DNA from: Syntrophomonadales bacterium
GTDB taxonomy: Bacteria; Bacillota; Syntrophomonadia; Syntrophomonadales; DTU052
Direction of reading: 5' to 3'
DNA: 64,000 bases
NCBI GenBank assembly: GCA_050951725.1
Contig: JBMNJO010000025.1
Span: 80,394 to 144,393 of the forward strand
Shown: one piece after another, positions 1 to 9,676 of the stretch
Position numbering within the stretch: the stretch's first letter is position 1
Layout of the letters: every line of letters begins with the position of its first letter
Notes under the pieces: generated by a model
What the model was told of the DNA's origin: nothing
The model's database searches: none
The model's input: only the letters and a program-made list of their open reading frames with translations
Program-made: the position numbers and the translations under genes

Positions 1-266
1 ATTAAGATGGTTTCAAGCTTGCCTTTGCTGTGTTTCTAATGATGCTTAATGATACACAACCCTTTGACTGGTGTGGCGCCAGGAAACATGATTGACGCAT
101 TTTAGCTGCGTCTAGCGAGATCTATTGTGTCGAAATTCTGAGGAAATAAAAAATTCTGAATAAATTGATCAATGCACAACAACCCCTTTATCTGAATACC
201 CGAAGCGAAGCGATGCCCCTCTGTTGCCGAGTCGATTAATGTCAAAACAGGAAGCCGCAACCGATT

Positions 267-282
267 TGGCATACGAATTGCA
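267..282 (+). promoter_or_regulatory. sigma-54 (RpoN) -24/-12 promoter upstream of the acyl-CoA synthetase gene
   Basis: TGGCAT-acgaa-TTGCA matches the consensus TGGCAC-N5-TTGCW, with the GG and GC dinucleotides at canonical spacing. It lies about 130 nt upstream of ATG 411. The direct repeat AAATTCTG at 133-140 and 151-158 is at UAS distance. Confidence 0.65.
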
Positions 283-410
283 GTTATGCCTATTGAAACC
301 AAGGAGCAACAGACATGTGCAATCGGTAACGGAGGTGATGCTTTCGGAGCTTCGCATTCTGTCAGGTGAAATTGGTATCGTAATTGTTTATTCAAAGAGG
401 GGGTTTAAAA

Positions 411-2093
411 ATGATTTTGACTGAAGAGATTCTTGCACGACGGCCGTGGATCAAGCAGTATGACTGGAAGGTGCCCTGGTCCTTCAATTATCCGAAATTT
501 CCTGCCTGGCATCTTATTCGTAATGCTTCGAATGGTGTTCCTCATAGACCTGCTACCTGGTTCTATGGTACGGAAATGACTTATCTGGAACTATACCGGG
601 CTTGCATACGGCTGGCCAATAAATTGATTGAACTGGGGGTAAAGAAGGGAGACCGTATTGGGATTTTACTGCCCAACTCCCCGCAGTTTAACCTGGCTTA
701 CTGGTCTACGCTTATAACCGGAGCAGTGGTGGTAAACCTGAATCCGCTGTACACCTATGAAGAATTGAAGGGTATTGCTGCAAATACTGGCATAACCGGG
801 CTATTCACTTTCGATTTGGTTTTACCTAATGTAAAGGCCTTATGCAAAGCGGTTGATATTCCACTGGTTATTGTAACGAGGCTCAGCGATTTCATTAACG
901 GGGCCGGAATCAGCACTCCCGAAGAACTGGGTCTTGAGGAAGGCTGGCATCATCTCTCCCGGCTGCTCGAGCAGAGTACCAATAACATACCACCCCGTAT
1001 TCCGATTGCCCAGGATGACCCGGCGATAATTCAATTTACTGGAGGCACAACCGGTGTTCCTAAAGGGGCAGTCCTGACCCAGGCTAATGTGGTGGCAGCA
1101 ACGGTTATAGTAAGCAGATGGGGCGGGACGACTATTGATGACGTTCCTCTCGACCGGCGTTGGGTTTTCTGCACCTTGCCATACTTCCATGTATATGGCG
1201 AGGTTTGCTGCATACTGTATTGTGTGTTCACCTGCGCCACCCAGGTTATCCTTCCCCGGTGGGACACCAATGAGGTGGTAGCGACACTCAAGCAGCATAA
1301 GGAGATTGTCTATTGGCCATGCGTACCAACTATGCTGCAGGCGGTGCTTGACCATCCCGAAGCATGGGATCTGGATCTTAACCTTAAAACAGATTTTGTC
1401 GGCACCGGAGCCGCGCCCTGCCCAAAAGAACTGATTGAGAAGGCCCTGGACTTTGACATCTATTACAGTGAAGGCTGGGGTATGAGTGAAACCTTTGCCC
1501 TGGGCATTTCCAATCCGGTACAGGGACCGAAGAAAATCGCGAGCTGCGGGATACCAATGCCGGATTATGATGTCCGCTTGGTAGATCCGGATACCCTGCA
1601 GGATGTGCCATTGGGTGAACGCGGTGAGATCTGGATTAAGGGCCCTACCGTGATGAAAGAGTACTGGAATAATCCGGAGGAGACAAAGAGGTCTTTGATT
1701 GATGGTTGGCTTCGGACCGGTGATGTGGCCTATATGGATGACGAGGGCTATGTCTTTATCGTGGATCGCACCAAGGACATGATCATCGCTGGTGGTTATA
1801 ATATTTATCCCCGTGACATCGATGAGGTTCTGTTCAAGCACCCCAAGGTCAAGGACGCCATTGCAGTCGGTATCCCTGATGAATACCGGGGAGAAACAGT
1901 GAAGGCTTTTGTTCAATTGGTGGAAGGGGCAGAGGTAACCGCGGAAGAACTCACAGCGTTCTGCAAGCAGCACCTGGCAGCCTATAAGGTTCCAAAACTT
2001 TTTGAGTTTCGGGCCCAGCTCCCCAGAACCGATACCGGCAAGGCTTTACGGCGCAAATTACGGGAAGAAGAGATCGCCAAAATGAATAAATAG
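411..2093 (+). CDS. acyl-CoA synthetase (AMP-forming, FadD-like)
   Basis: The ORF is 384..2093. It carries the AMP-binding motifs TGGTTGVPKGAVLT and GWLRTGDVAYMDDEGYVFIVDRTKD. ATG 411 is the preferred start because the SD AGAGGGGG lies at 396-403. Confidence 0.9.
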   Translation: MILTEEILARRPWIKQYDWKVPWSFNYPKFPAWHLIRNASNGVPHRPATWFYGTEMTYLELYRACIRLANKLIELGVKKGDRIGILLPNSPQFNLAYWSTLITGAVVVNLNPLYTYEELKGIAANTGITGLFTFDLVLPNVKALCKAVDIPLVIVTRLSDFINGAGISTPEELGLEEGWHHLSRLLEQSTNNIPPRIPIAQDDPAIIQFTGGTTGVPKGAVLTQANVVAATVIVSRWGGTTIDDVPLDRRWVFCTLPYFHVYGEVCCILYCVFTCATQVILPRWDTNEVVATLKQHKEIVYWPCVPTMLQAVLDHPEAWDLDLNLKTDFVGTGAAPCPKELIEKALDFDIYYSEGWGMSETFALGISNPVQGPKKIASCGIPMPDYDVRLVDPDTLQDVPLGERGEIWIKGPTVMKEYWNNPEETKRSLIDGWLRTGDVAYMDDEGYVFIVDRTKDMIIAGGYNIYPRDIDEVLFKHPKVKDAIAVGIPDEYRGETVKAFVQLVEGAEVTAEELTAFCKQHLAAYKVPKLFEFRAQLPRTDTGKALRRKLREEEIAKMNK

Positions 2094-2191
2094 ATTAGTT
2101 TTACCAAATTATCATTTATTTATTTGTGAAAACAGTTATTATTATATATAGGAACAAGATTACTAAGTGCCTACATTATGGAAACTAGCAT

Positions 2192-2206
2192 TGGGATTCA
2201 GGTTGC
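2192..2206 (+). promoter_or_regulatory. possible sigma-54 promoter upstream of the fadN-like gene
   Basis: TGGGAT-tcagg-TTGC has GG and TTGC at the correct spacing, but -24 positions 4 and 6 are off consensus. It lies about 195 nt upstream of GTG 2400. Confidence 0.4.
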
Positions 2207-2399
2207 CTTTGCGGTTTAGCATGAATAATCACATAACCTGGTGTTTCTATAAAAAGCACGATCTTAATACGCATCTACATTCCCGCTACCAGGTTGCATT
2301 CGAGCGACGAAAGGGGGTGTCAGGGGAAACAATCGTCTGACGACACAGTGTTCGGGCAGCAACTTTTATTAGGACAATACGAAACGGGAGGTAGAACTG

Positions 2400-4775
2400 G
2401 TGAAGAGAAGAATCAAAAAAGTAGCAGTGCTTGGTTCAGGTACCATGGGGAGCGGAATTGCCGCGCAGTGTGCAGCTACGGGTATAAGAAGTTATCTTCT
2501 GGATATCGTGCCACCGAATCTCAGCGATGCAGAAAAGGCCAATCCGGCAGCAAGGAACAAGATTGCCGAGGCCAACAAGGGCAATCTTCTCAAGTCCCGT
2601 CCAGCCCAGCTGTATGACAAAGCCGATGCAGATTACATTACTGTCGGCAACATGGAAGACAACCTTGAATGGCTGAAGGAGTGCGACTGGATAGTAGAAG
2701 CAGTCCCGGAAAACCTGGCGATCAAGAAAGATGTTCTGAAGAAAATTGAGCCGTTCATCAAGCCGGGAGCCATCGTAAGTTCGAATACCTCTACCATTTC
2801 AATCACCCTCATGGCTGAGGATATGCCCTTAGAATTCAGAAAGAACTGGCTGGGGACTCACTTCTTCAACCCGGTCCGCTATATGAAACTTTTGGAAATC
2901 ATTCCGGGCAAGGATACTGATCCCGAAGTATTACAGTTTATGGCGGATTTCGGTGAGCGGGTTCTGGGTAAGAGCATCGTATGGTGTAAAGATACCCCAG
3001 GATTTATCGCCAATCGTTTCGGCAACCAGGGTGGACCGTCCATAGGCCGGTTGATGAAAGAGCTGGACCTGACCTTCTCGGAAATCGATGCGATTTGCGG
3101 TCCGGCAATCGGCAGACCCAAAACCGGTTCCTTTGGCTTGATGGACCTGGTTGGACTCGATATTGCTGTAAACGGTACCCAGTCAATCCAAAGTGTACTG
3201 TCTGATCCCGCCGAGAAAGAACTTTACGAGGTACCCGAGTTATTCCTCAAGATGAAAGAAAAGAACATGCTGGGGAACAAGACCAAAGGCGGTTTCTACA
3301 AGAGAGTCGGCAAAGAAAAACTGATGCTGAATCCTGAAACCTTCGAATATGGACCCCAGAAACCTGCGGAGTTCCCGAGCCTTGACAAGGCCAAAGCTGC
3401 CAGGAGCCTGCCGGAAAAACTGGCTGCATTCTACGAAGGTGACGACAAAGCAGCCCAGCTGGTCTGGAAGATGAACAGCGGCACTCTGCAGTATGCAACC
3501 AAGAAGATACCCGAAATATCCGATGACATAGTCAACATTGACAACGCTATGGAGTGGGGTTACAACCATCAGGCCGGTCCCTTCAAGATGTGGAACGGAC
3601 TGGATCTTCCGAAGTATGTAGCTCGCATCGAGGAAGAGGGCGGTTCGGTAGCTCCCTGGGTCAAAGAAATGTTTGACGCCGGAATCACTGCCTTCTACAA
3701 GTCGGAAGACGGCGTTGATTATTACTATTCCATTCCGGACAAGGCTTACAAGCCTGTGCCAGCCAACCCGAAAGCGGTTAATTTCCTCAAGCTCAAGCAG
3801 GACAACAAGGTTGTATTCTCTATGCCCGCTGGAACCCTTTATGATATCGGCGATGGCGTAGTCTGCCTGCAGTTACATTCAAAGAACAATGCAATCTCAG
3901 AAGATCTGATCGCGGCCATGGAAGCAGCCCAGGCTGAACTGGCCAAGAACTGGGAAGGTATGGTCATTACCGGCGGCGGCAAGAACTTCTGTGTCGGAGC
4001 AGATCTGACCGGTGTAGTCCAGGCTATTCAGACCGGCGCCTGGGATCAGTTGGATGCAGCTCTCAAGCGGAACCAGGATGCCATGATGGCGAACAAATAT
4101 TCACTCAAGCCCGTGGTAGTGGCTCCTTATGGCCAGACTCTGGGAGGCGGCTGTGAGATTGTGCTGCAGTGTGCTGCCGCTCAGGCAGTAGCTGAGACCT
4201 ATATCGGTTTAGTTGAAGTGGGAGTAGGCCTGCTGCCCGCTGCCGGCGGATGTAAGGAAGCAGCGTTGAGAGCGATCGCAGCAGTGCAGGGCATTCAGGG
4301 GCCCGTTCTCGTGGACCATATGATTGCTCCTTTCCAGAACATGGCTACAGCCAAGGTTGCTACCAGCGCCAAGGAAGGTAAGAAACTGGGATACCTGAGA
4401 CCTACCGACGGCATATCCATGAACCCGGTACTCCAGATCGCAGATGCCAAGAAACAGGTACTGAGGCTGATCGAAGACGATTACAATCCACCAGTCAGCA
4501 GACCCGTTCCGGCTCCCGGTAAGAATGACACCGCACTGCTGAAACTGGGCGTAAAACAAGCCGTTCTGGCAGGCATGGCCAGTGAATACGATTGGTTTAT
4601 CGCCTGCAAGATCGCGGATGTTATGGCTGGCGGTGATGTTGTAAAAGGCGCCATGATTACCGAGCAGTACTTCCTGGATCTGGAGAGAGAAGCGTTCTTG
4701 AGTCTGTGCGGTCAGCAGAAGACCCAGGACAGAATCATGTCCCTGCTGAAGACCGGCAAGCCGTTGCGCAACTAG
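2400..4775 (+). CDS. bifunctional 3-hydroxyacyl-CoA dehydrogenase / enoyl-CoA hydratase (FadN/FadB type)
   Basis: 791 aa. The N-terminus has the Rossmann motif VAVLGSGTMGSGIA. The C-terminus has a crotonase-like segment (GGGKNFCVGADL, GQTLGGGCEI). Size and domain order match Bacillus FadN as I recall it. Confidence 0.9.
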   Translation: MKRRIKKVAVLGSGTMGSGIAAQCAATGIRSYLLDIVPPNLSDAEKANPAARNKIAEANKGNLLKSRPAQLYDKADADYITVGNMEDNLEWLKECDWIVEAVPENLAIKKDVLKKIEPFIKPGAIVSSNTSTISITLMAEDMPLEFRKNWLGTHFFNPVRYMKLLEIIPGKDTDPEVLQFMADFGERVLGKSIVWCKDTPGFIANRFGNQGGPSIGRLMKELDLTFSEIDAICGPAIGRPKTGSFGLMDLVGLDIAVNGTQSIQSVLSDPAEKELYEVPELFLKMKEKNMLGNKTKGGFYKRVGKEKLMLNPETFEYGPQKPAEFPSLDKAKAARSLPEKLAAFYEGDDKAAQLVWKMNSGTLQYATKKIPEISDDIVNIDNAMEWGYNHQAGPFKMWNGLDLPKYVARIEEEGGSVAPWVKEMFDAGITAFYKSEDGVDYYYSIPDKAYKPVPANPKAVNFLKLKQDNKVVFSMPAGTLYDIGDGVVCLQLHSKNNAISEDLIAAMEAAQAELAKNWEGMVITGGGKNFCVGADLTGVVQAIQTGAWDQLDAALKRNQDAMMANKYSLKPVVVAPYGQTLGGGCEIVLQCAAAQAVAETYIGLVEVGVGLLPAAGGCKEAALRAIAAVQGIQGPVLVDHMIAPFQNMATAKVATSAKEGKKLGYLRPTDGISMNPVLQIADAKKQVLRLIEDDYNPPVSRPVPAPGKNDTALLKLGVKQAVLAGMASEYDWFIACKIADVMAGGDVVKGAMITEQYFLDLEREAFLSLCGQQKTQDRIMSLLKTGKPLRN

Positions 4776-4814
4776 GGTTTGGTTAGGTATTAAAAAATCG
4801 GGGAGGTAAGACAA

Positions 4815-6003
4815 GTGAGAGAAGCTGTTATCGTATCCGCAGTACGCACTGCCGGTGGTAAGGCTCCCAGGGGGACCTTAAGAGACACCCGGCCCGAGTT
4901 CTTGGGAAAACTTTGTATGGAAGAAGCCATTAGAAGATGCGGACCGAATTTTAAGGCTGAAATGATAGACGATGTAATCTGGGGCGCTGCTACCCCGGAA
5001 CAATCCTGCGGTATGAACACCGCCCGGATAACTGCTCTTTATGCCGGGATTCCGGAACACGTACCTGCAGTAACCGTCAACCGTTTCTGCTCCTCGGGTT
5101 CGCAGGCTATTGCCTTTGCAGCCGAGGGTATCATTGCTAACCGCGCCGACATAGTACTGGCCGGGCGGCATTGAGCACATGAGCATGATCGCCATGGGCG
5201 GTGTAACCAGACCCAACCCGGATCTGGTACTCGATCCCGAGGTATCCAAGGTATACACCAGCATGGGTCAGACCGCTGAGAATGTGGCCAGCCGCTACAA
5301 CATCAGCCGTGAAGATCAGGACCTCTTCGGCTACAACAGCATGAAGAAAGCTTCTGCCGCTGAAAAAGCTGGCAAGTTCAAGGATGAGATCGTACCTGTG
5401 CCGGTCAAGATCACAACCCTGGGCCCGGATGGCAAGCCGGTGACCAAGGAGATCCTTTATGATTATGAAGAAGGTATCCGGCATGATGTATCCCTTGAAG
5501 GGATGGCCAAGCTCCGTCCGGCTTTTGTACCCGGTGGCACCGTAACTGCTGCCAACTCTTCCCAGACCACTGACGGATCAGCAGCTGTCATGGTGATGGA
5601 AAAACAAAAAGCTCTTGAACTGGGTATTAAACCGCGTCTAAGATTTGTTGGCTTCGCGGTAGCCGGTTGCGGACCGGATGAAATGGGTATCGGCCCGGTA
5701 TTTGCGGTGCCCAAGGTATTGAAACGGACCGGCCTGGAACTCAAGGACATCGGCCTGGTTGAGCTTAACGAAGCCTTTGCTTCCCAGTCGCTCTACTGCA
5801 TCCGGACTTTAGGATTAAATCCGGACATCGTCAACGTAAACGGCGGCGCTATCGCCATGGGACATCCCATGGGTGCAACCGGAGCCAAGCTGACCGCTAC
5901 CCTGATGTATGAGATGGAGAGACGGGATGTTAAGTACGGTATGGTAACAATGTGCATCGGCGGCGGCCAGGGTGCAGCTACCATATTTGAACTCATTAAA
6001 TAA
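4815..6003 (+). pseudogene. acetyl-CoA C-acyltransferase (thiolase, FadA type) split by a 1-nt frameshift
   Basis: ORFs 4815..5174 and 5179..6003 together form one thiolase (NRFCSSGSQAI active-site Cys region; C-terminal CIGGGQGAA). The first frame ends LAGRH*. The +1 frame reads GIEHMSMIAMGG, so one extra base sits in GCCGGGCGGC at about 5163-5166. Confidence 0.85.
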
Positions 6004-6124
6004 GAGATTCGGGAAACTCTTTCCCTGAGATTATTGGCCCAGAGGTGGGGGGACCCAGCCAAGCGGGTCTCTCCACTGGTCATTTTATCGGTTTTACCAG
6101 TTCACAAAGAAGGAAGGTTGAGAC

Positions 6125-7957
6125 ATGGCCTACAAATACGCTTATAACACCAGAGATATTAAATTCATTCTTAAGGAATGGCTCCCGGTAGACGAGATAC
6201 TGGCCTATGACCGGTACAAGGACTATTATACCAAGGATGACTTTGATACCATTATCGACCAGGTCCGCAAGGTAGCAGCCGAGGTTATTGCTCCTACCGC
6301 GGAAGAGGGCGATGACATAGGGGTCCGTTATGAGAATGGTCAGGCTTATATACCCCCTTCGTTCCATGCCGTTTACCGCTTTATGCAGGATAATGGCTGG
6401 GGTTCCAGCAATATTGACGATAACGCTGAAGGCGCTCTGCCGCACGTTTTGAATGGCTTTTTGCTAGAGATTGAGGCAGCGGCTAACCCGGCTTTCATGC
6501 CCTATGTGGGAGCAGGAAGCGGGGCGGCAGCAGTTATCCAGCATTTCGGAACCGAAGAACAGAAACAGAGATTCCTGCCCAAGATGTTTGATGGCACCTG
6601 GTCCGGAACCATGTGTCTGACCGAGCCGACTGCCGGTTCAGACGTTGGGGACCTCCTTTCCAAGGCATATCCTACCGATGAGCCGGGGATTTACATGCTC
6701 AAAGGGCAGAAGATATTCATAACTGCTGGTGACCGTGATGATGTCGAAAATATTATCCACCTGTATCTGGCCCGGGTAGAGGGCGCAGCGCCCGGAACCA
6801 AGGGGCTCTCACTCTTCATCGCCCCCAAATACTGGGTGAATGAGGATGGCACCCTGTCGGACAACGATGTTCAGTGCGCCGGGGTAGAACACAAACTGGG
6901 ACTTAAGGGGTCAGCCACTGCAGCTCTGGTAGTGGGCGAGAACAACAACTGCCGGGGCTGGATACTGGGAGATCCGCCGGATGAGAATGGCAAGGGTCAG
7001 GGTATGGCCCAGATGTTCCAGATGATGAACGAGGCCCGGGTTGATACCGGCCGTCTGTCGACTGCTGTGGCTGCCAATGCCTATTGGAATGCAGTTGCCT
7101 ACGGAAGAGAGCGCGTTCAGGGCCGTCTTTTGACTAATCCCAAAGCTGGTCGGGTTACCATCGACAAGCACGAAGATGTCAAGAGAATGTACCTCCTGAA
7201 CAAGGCTACCACTGAGGCCTGCCGGGCGCTTCTGGGCAAGGCTTACTACTATGAAGATGTTCGTATATATGACCCCGATCCTGCTCGCCGCGACTGGGCT
7301 CAGAGGAATCTGGACATGATAACCCCGCTCTGCAAAGCTTACCCCAGTGACGAGGCCTGGATACTGACCGCCGAATCACTGCAATCCTACGGCGGATATG
7401 GCTACTGCGAAGATTACCCGGCAGCCAGCGCCACCCGGGACTGCAAGATCTGGTCCATCTGGGAAGGGACCAACTTCATTCAGTCATTGGACCTGATAGG
7501 TCGTAAATGGCGGCAGAACAAGGGTCAGGACTTCGCAAACACTCTGAAACAAATATCCGATTTCATCGCCGAGAATAAGGGCAAGATCGAAGGTTTCGAC
7601 CGGGAGATCGACCACCTTGAAAAGGCATTAAAGGCATACTGGGAGATCCAGGGAGCAATACTCCAGTTTATGACCTCCGGCAAGGTTGGTCTGATGCCGG
7701 TTTATGCCCGCCGGATTCTAACTGCTACCTCCCAGCTCTACTGCGGTTACCTCCTCCTTGATCAGGCCAAGATCGCCCTGCAGAGGATGGCGGAACTGGG
7801 TAAAGATCACTTTGACTACAACTTCTATCTCGGGAAGGTTTTCTCGGCTCGTTACTACCTCAACAATGTTGTGCCGAATGTATGGCACATCAGTGAAATC
7901 ATCAAGATTGGTGATATGTCAGTAGTTGAAGCTCCGGATGAAATTTTCGATTATTAA
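6125..7957 (+). CDS. acyl-CoA dehydrogenase (large, about 600-aa type)
   Basis: 610 aa. It has the ACAD signature CLTEPTAGSDVGDL...GQKIFITAGD and a SIWEGTNFIQ segment. Confidence 0.9.
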   Translation: MAYKYAYNTRDIKFILKEWLPVDEILAYDRYKDYYTKDDFDTIIDQVRKVAAEVIAPTAEEGDDIGVRYENGQAYIPPSFHAVYRFMQDNGWGSSNIDDNAEGALPHVLNGFLLEIEAAANPAFMPYVGAGSGAAAVIQHFGTEEQKQRFLPKMFDGTWSGTMCLTEPTAGSDVGDLLSKAYPTDEPGIYMLKGQKIFITAGDRDDVENIIHLYLARVEGAAPGTKGLSLFIAPKYWVNEDGTLSDNDVQCAGVEHKLGLKGSATAALVVGENNNCRGWILGDPPDENGKGQGMAQMFQMMNEARVDTGRLSTAVAANAYWNAVAYGRERVQGRLLTNPKAGRVTIDKHEDVKRMYLLNKATTEACRALLGKAYYYEDVRIYDPDPARRDWAQRNLDMITPLCKAYPSDEAWILTAESLQSYGGYGYCEDYPAASATRDCKIWSIWEGTNFIQSLDLIGRKWRQNKGQDFANTLKQISDFIAENKGKIEGFDREIDHLEKALKAYWEIQGAILQFMTSGKVGLMPVYARRILTATSQLYCGYLLLDQAKIALQRMAELGKDHFDYNFYLGKVFSARYYLNNVVPNVWHISEIIKIGDMSVVEAPDEIFDY

Positions 7958-8047
7958 GAATTATTAGAAGGGTGTATCACCACTTACAAAGAAATACTTT
8001 GTTGTGGCATCGTTTTGTCACTGTTGCATGTCACTGACTGGAATAAT

Positions 8048-8075
8048 GATAGCCTTCGCCCCTGCGAAGGCTATC
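8048..8075 (+). other. perfect 12-bp hairpin between the ACAD and abfD-like genes
   Basis: GATAGCCTTCGC-ccct-GCGAAGGCTATC. No T tract follows, so it may be a processing or attenuation element or a weak terminator. Confidence 0.35.
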
Positions 8076-8106
8076 AACATCTTAAAAAGGGAAAGGAGAA
8101 TTGATT

Positions 8107-9603
8107 GTGAGGACCAAACAGGAGTATATTGACGGACTTCGCAAAAAGAACCCCAACCTTTGGTTCAACGGGTCAAAACTGGACCGGCTCGATCCCATGC
8201 AGGAAGGGGCTATCAATGTCATGGGGCTCACCTTCGATGCCGCATTCGATCCGGATTTAAAAGACCTGTGTACTGCAACCTCGCACCTGACTGGAGAAAC
8301 CATCAACCGGTTCAACCATATCCACCAGAGCCCCGATGATCTCCACAAGAAGCAGGATATGACCCGCGCGTTATGCAATCAAGTGGGCACCTGTATTCAA
8401 AGGTGTATGGGAGTCGATGCTGCCAACGCTATCAATGCCGTTTCCTTCGAAGCAGCCAAGAACCCGAACAAGGCTACGGAATACCATCAGAACTTCCTCA
8501 AGTGGCTGGAATACTTCCAGACAAACGATCTGGTAGCGAGCTGTGCCCAGACTGATGTTAAAGGGGAAAGATTAAAAAGGCCCGCCCAACAGACAGACCC
8601 TGACCAGTACCTGCGGGTGGTAGAAAAGAAGAGTGACGGGATCGTGGTTCGGGGCTGTAAGGTCCATATTTCGGAGGCTTCTATATCCGACGAGATCCTG
8701 GTGGTACCCAACCGCGCTCTGATGAAAGACGAAACGGATTATGCCGTATGTTTTGCTGTTCCATCTGACCATCCGGAGATCAAGCAGGTAGTATCCTTCC
8801 ATAACCCAACCAAGAGAGATTATCTGAGAGGTCCGAAGAGAACTGGTTATACTGATTCCTACATTATATTTGATGACACCTTCATTCCCTGGGAGCGGGT
8901 ATTCCTGTGCGGTGAAGTGGATCATGGCGGAATAGCCGCTTTATTATTTGCCCTGTTCCACCGCCACAGCTATTCCGGCTGTAAACCTGCCTGCCTCGAC
9001 TTTATACTCGGCCTGGCGGCGGGTGCGGCTCACATCAACGGCATCGAAAAAACCCCACATGTCAGGGCCATGCTCTCTGAACTCATAATGACAGCCGAAT
9101 TGGGATACGCGGCTGGCTTTACCGCTTCTTCGTTGGGCAAACCTGAGGTTTATATACCTGGATACGGTCCGGTCCCCTATGGTCCCGGCAGCTATATCCC
9201 GAATTCCATTTACGCCAACGTAGGAAGGTGCCTGACGGGAGAAGCTGTTTTCCACGAGCAGGAGATCCTCTGTAATATCGCAGGGGGAATCCCGGCCACC
9301 TTCCCAACTGAGAAAGACCTGCTCAATCCAGAACTCAAACCCTTCCTGGAAAAGTATATCAACCGCAATCCCAAGATACCCGTAGAAGACCAGTGGAGAT
9401 TCTGGCTGCTGTTTGTTGATGCCACCACCTCACATTCCGCCGGTTCCGGAAACTACGGGAACTACCACGGCGGAGGCTCCCCAATTATGGAGCAGATTGC
9501 CATCACCAGCCAGTATGATATCAGGAAGAGAAGAGATACCGTCTACAAGATGGCTGGCATGTCGGTAGTTGCAGATAAAAATATCAAGGTAATGGGTGAG
9601 TAG
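8107..9603 (+). CDS. 4-hydroxybutyryl-CoA dehydratase / vinylacetyl-CoA isomerase family protein (AbfD-like), paralog 1
   Basis: The ORF is 8101..9603. CIQRCMG (C-x3-C) plus HRHSYSGCKP (H-x6-C) fit the AbfD [4Fe-4S] ligand pattern. Start GTG 8107 is chosen by alignment with paralog 2 (MRTKEQYI). Confidence 0.8.
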   Translation: MRTKQEYIDGLRKKNPNLWFNGSKLDRLDPMQEGAINVMGLTFDAAFDPDLKDLCTATSHLTGETINRFNHIHQSPDDLHKKQDMTRALCNQVGTCIQRCMGVDAANAINAVSFEAAKNPNKATEYHQNFLKWLEYFQTNDLVASCAQTDVKGERLKRPAQQTDPDQYLRVVEKKSDGIVVRGCKVHISEASISDEILVVPNRALMKDETDYAVCFAVPSDHPEIKQVVSFHNPTKRDYLRGPKRTGYTDSYIIFDDTFIPWERVFLCGEVDHGGIAALLFALFHRHSYSGCKPACLDFILGLAAGAAHINGIEKTPHVRAMLSELIMTAELGYAAGFTASSLGKPEVYIPGYGPVPYGPGSYIPNSIYANVGRCLTGEAVFHEQEILCNIAGGIPATFPTEKDLLNPELKPFLEKYINRNPKIPVEDQWRFWLLFVDATTSHSAGSGNYGNYHGGGSPIMEQIAITSQYDIRKRRDTVYKMAGMSVVADKNIKVMGE

Positions 9604-9642
9604 GCAAATACGATATACAGTTCTGAAGTAACACAATTATCC

Positions 9643-9671
9643 AAGCCCCTGACTAAAAAGTTCAGGGGCTT
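9643..9671 (+). terminator. hairpin after the abfD-like gene
   Basis: AAGCCCCTGA-ctaaaaagt-TCAGGGGCTT. The downstream T tract is weak. Confidence 0.55.
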
Positions 9672-9676
9672 TACCT

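Noticed and set aside
840-1973. A 377-aa ORF on the minus strand.
   Set aside because: It lies fully antisense within the well-supported acyl-CoA synthetase gene and has low-complexity, motif-free content, so it is a shadow ORF. The same reasoning applies to 3240..3569, 4209..4814, 18183..18662, 23652..24230, 32454..33308, 33927..34583, 48392..48985, 51079..51606, 57395..57934 and the other antisense ORFs in the track.
2294-2617. A 107-aa ORF overlapping the start of the fadN-like gene.
   Set aside because: It is in a different frame from the strongly supported 791-aa gene and has a Gly/Ser/Gln-rich, low-information composition.
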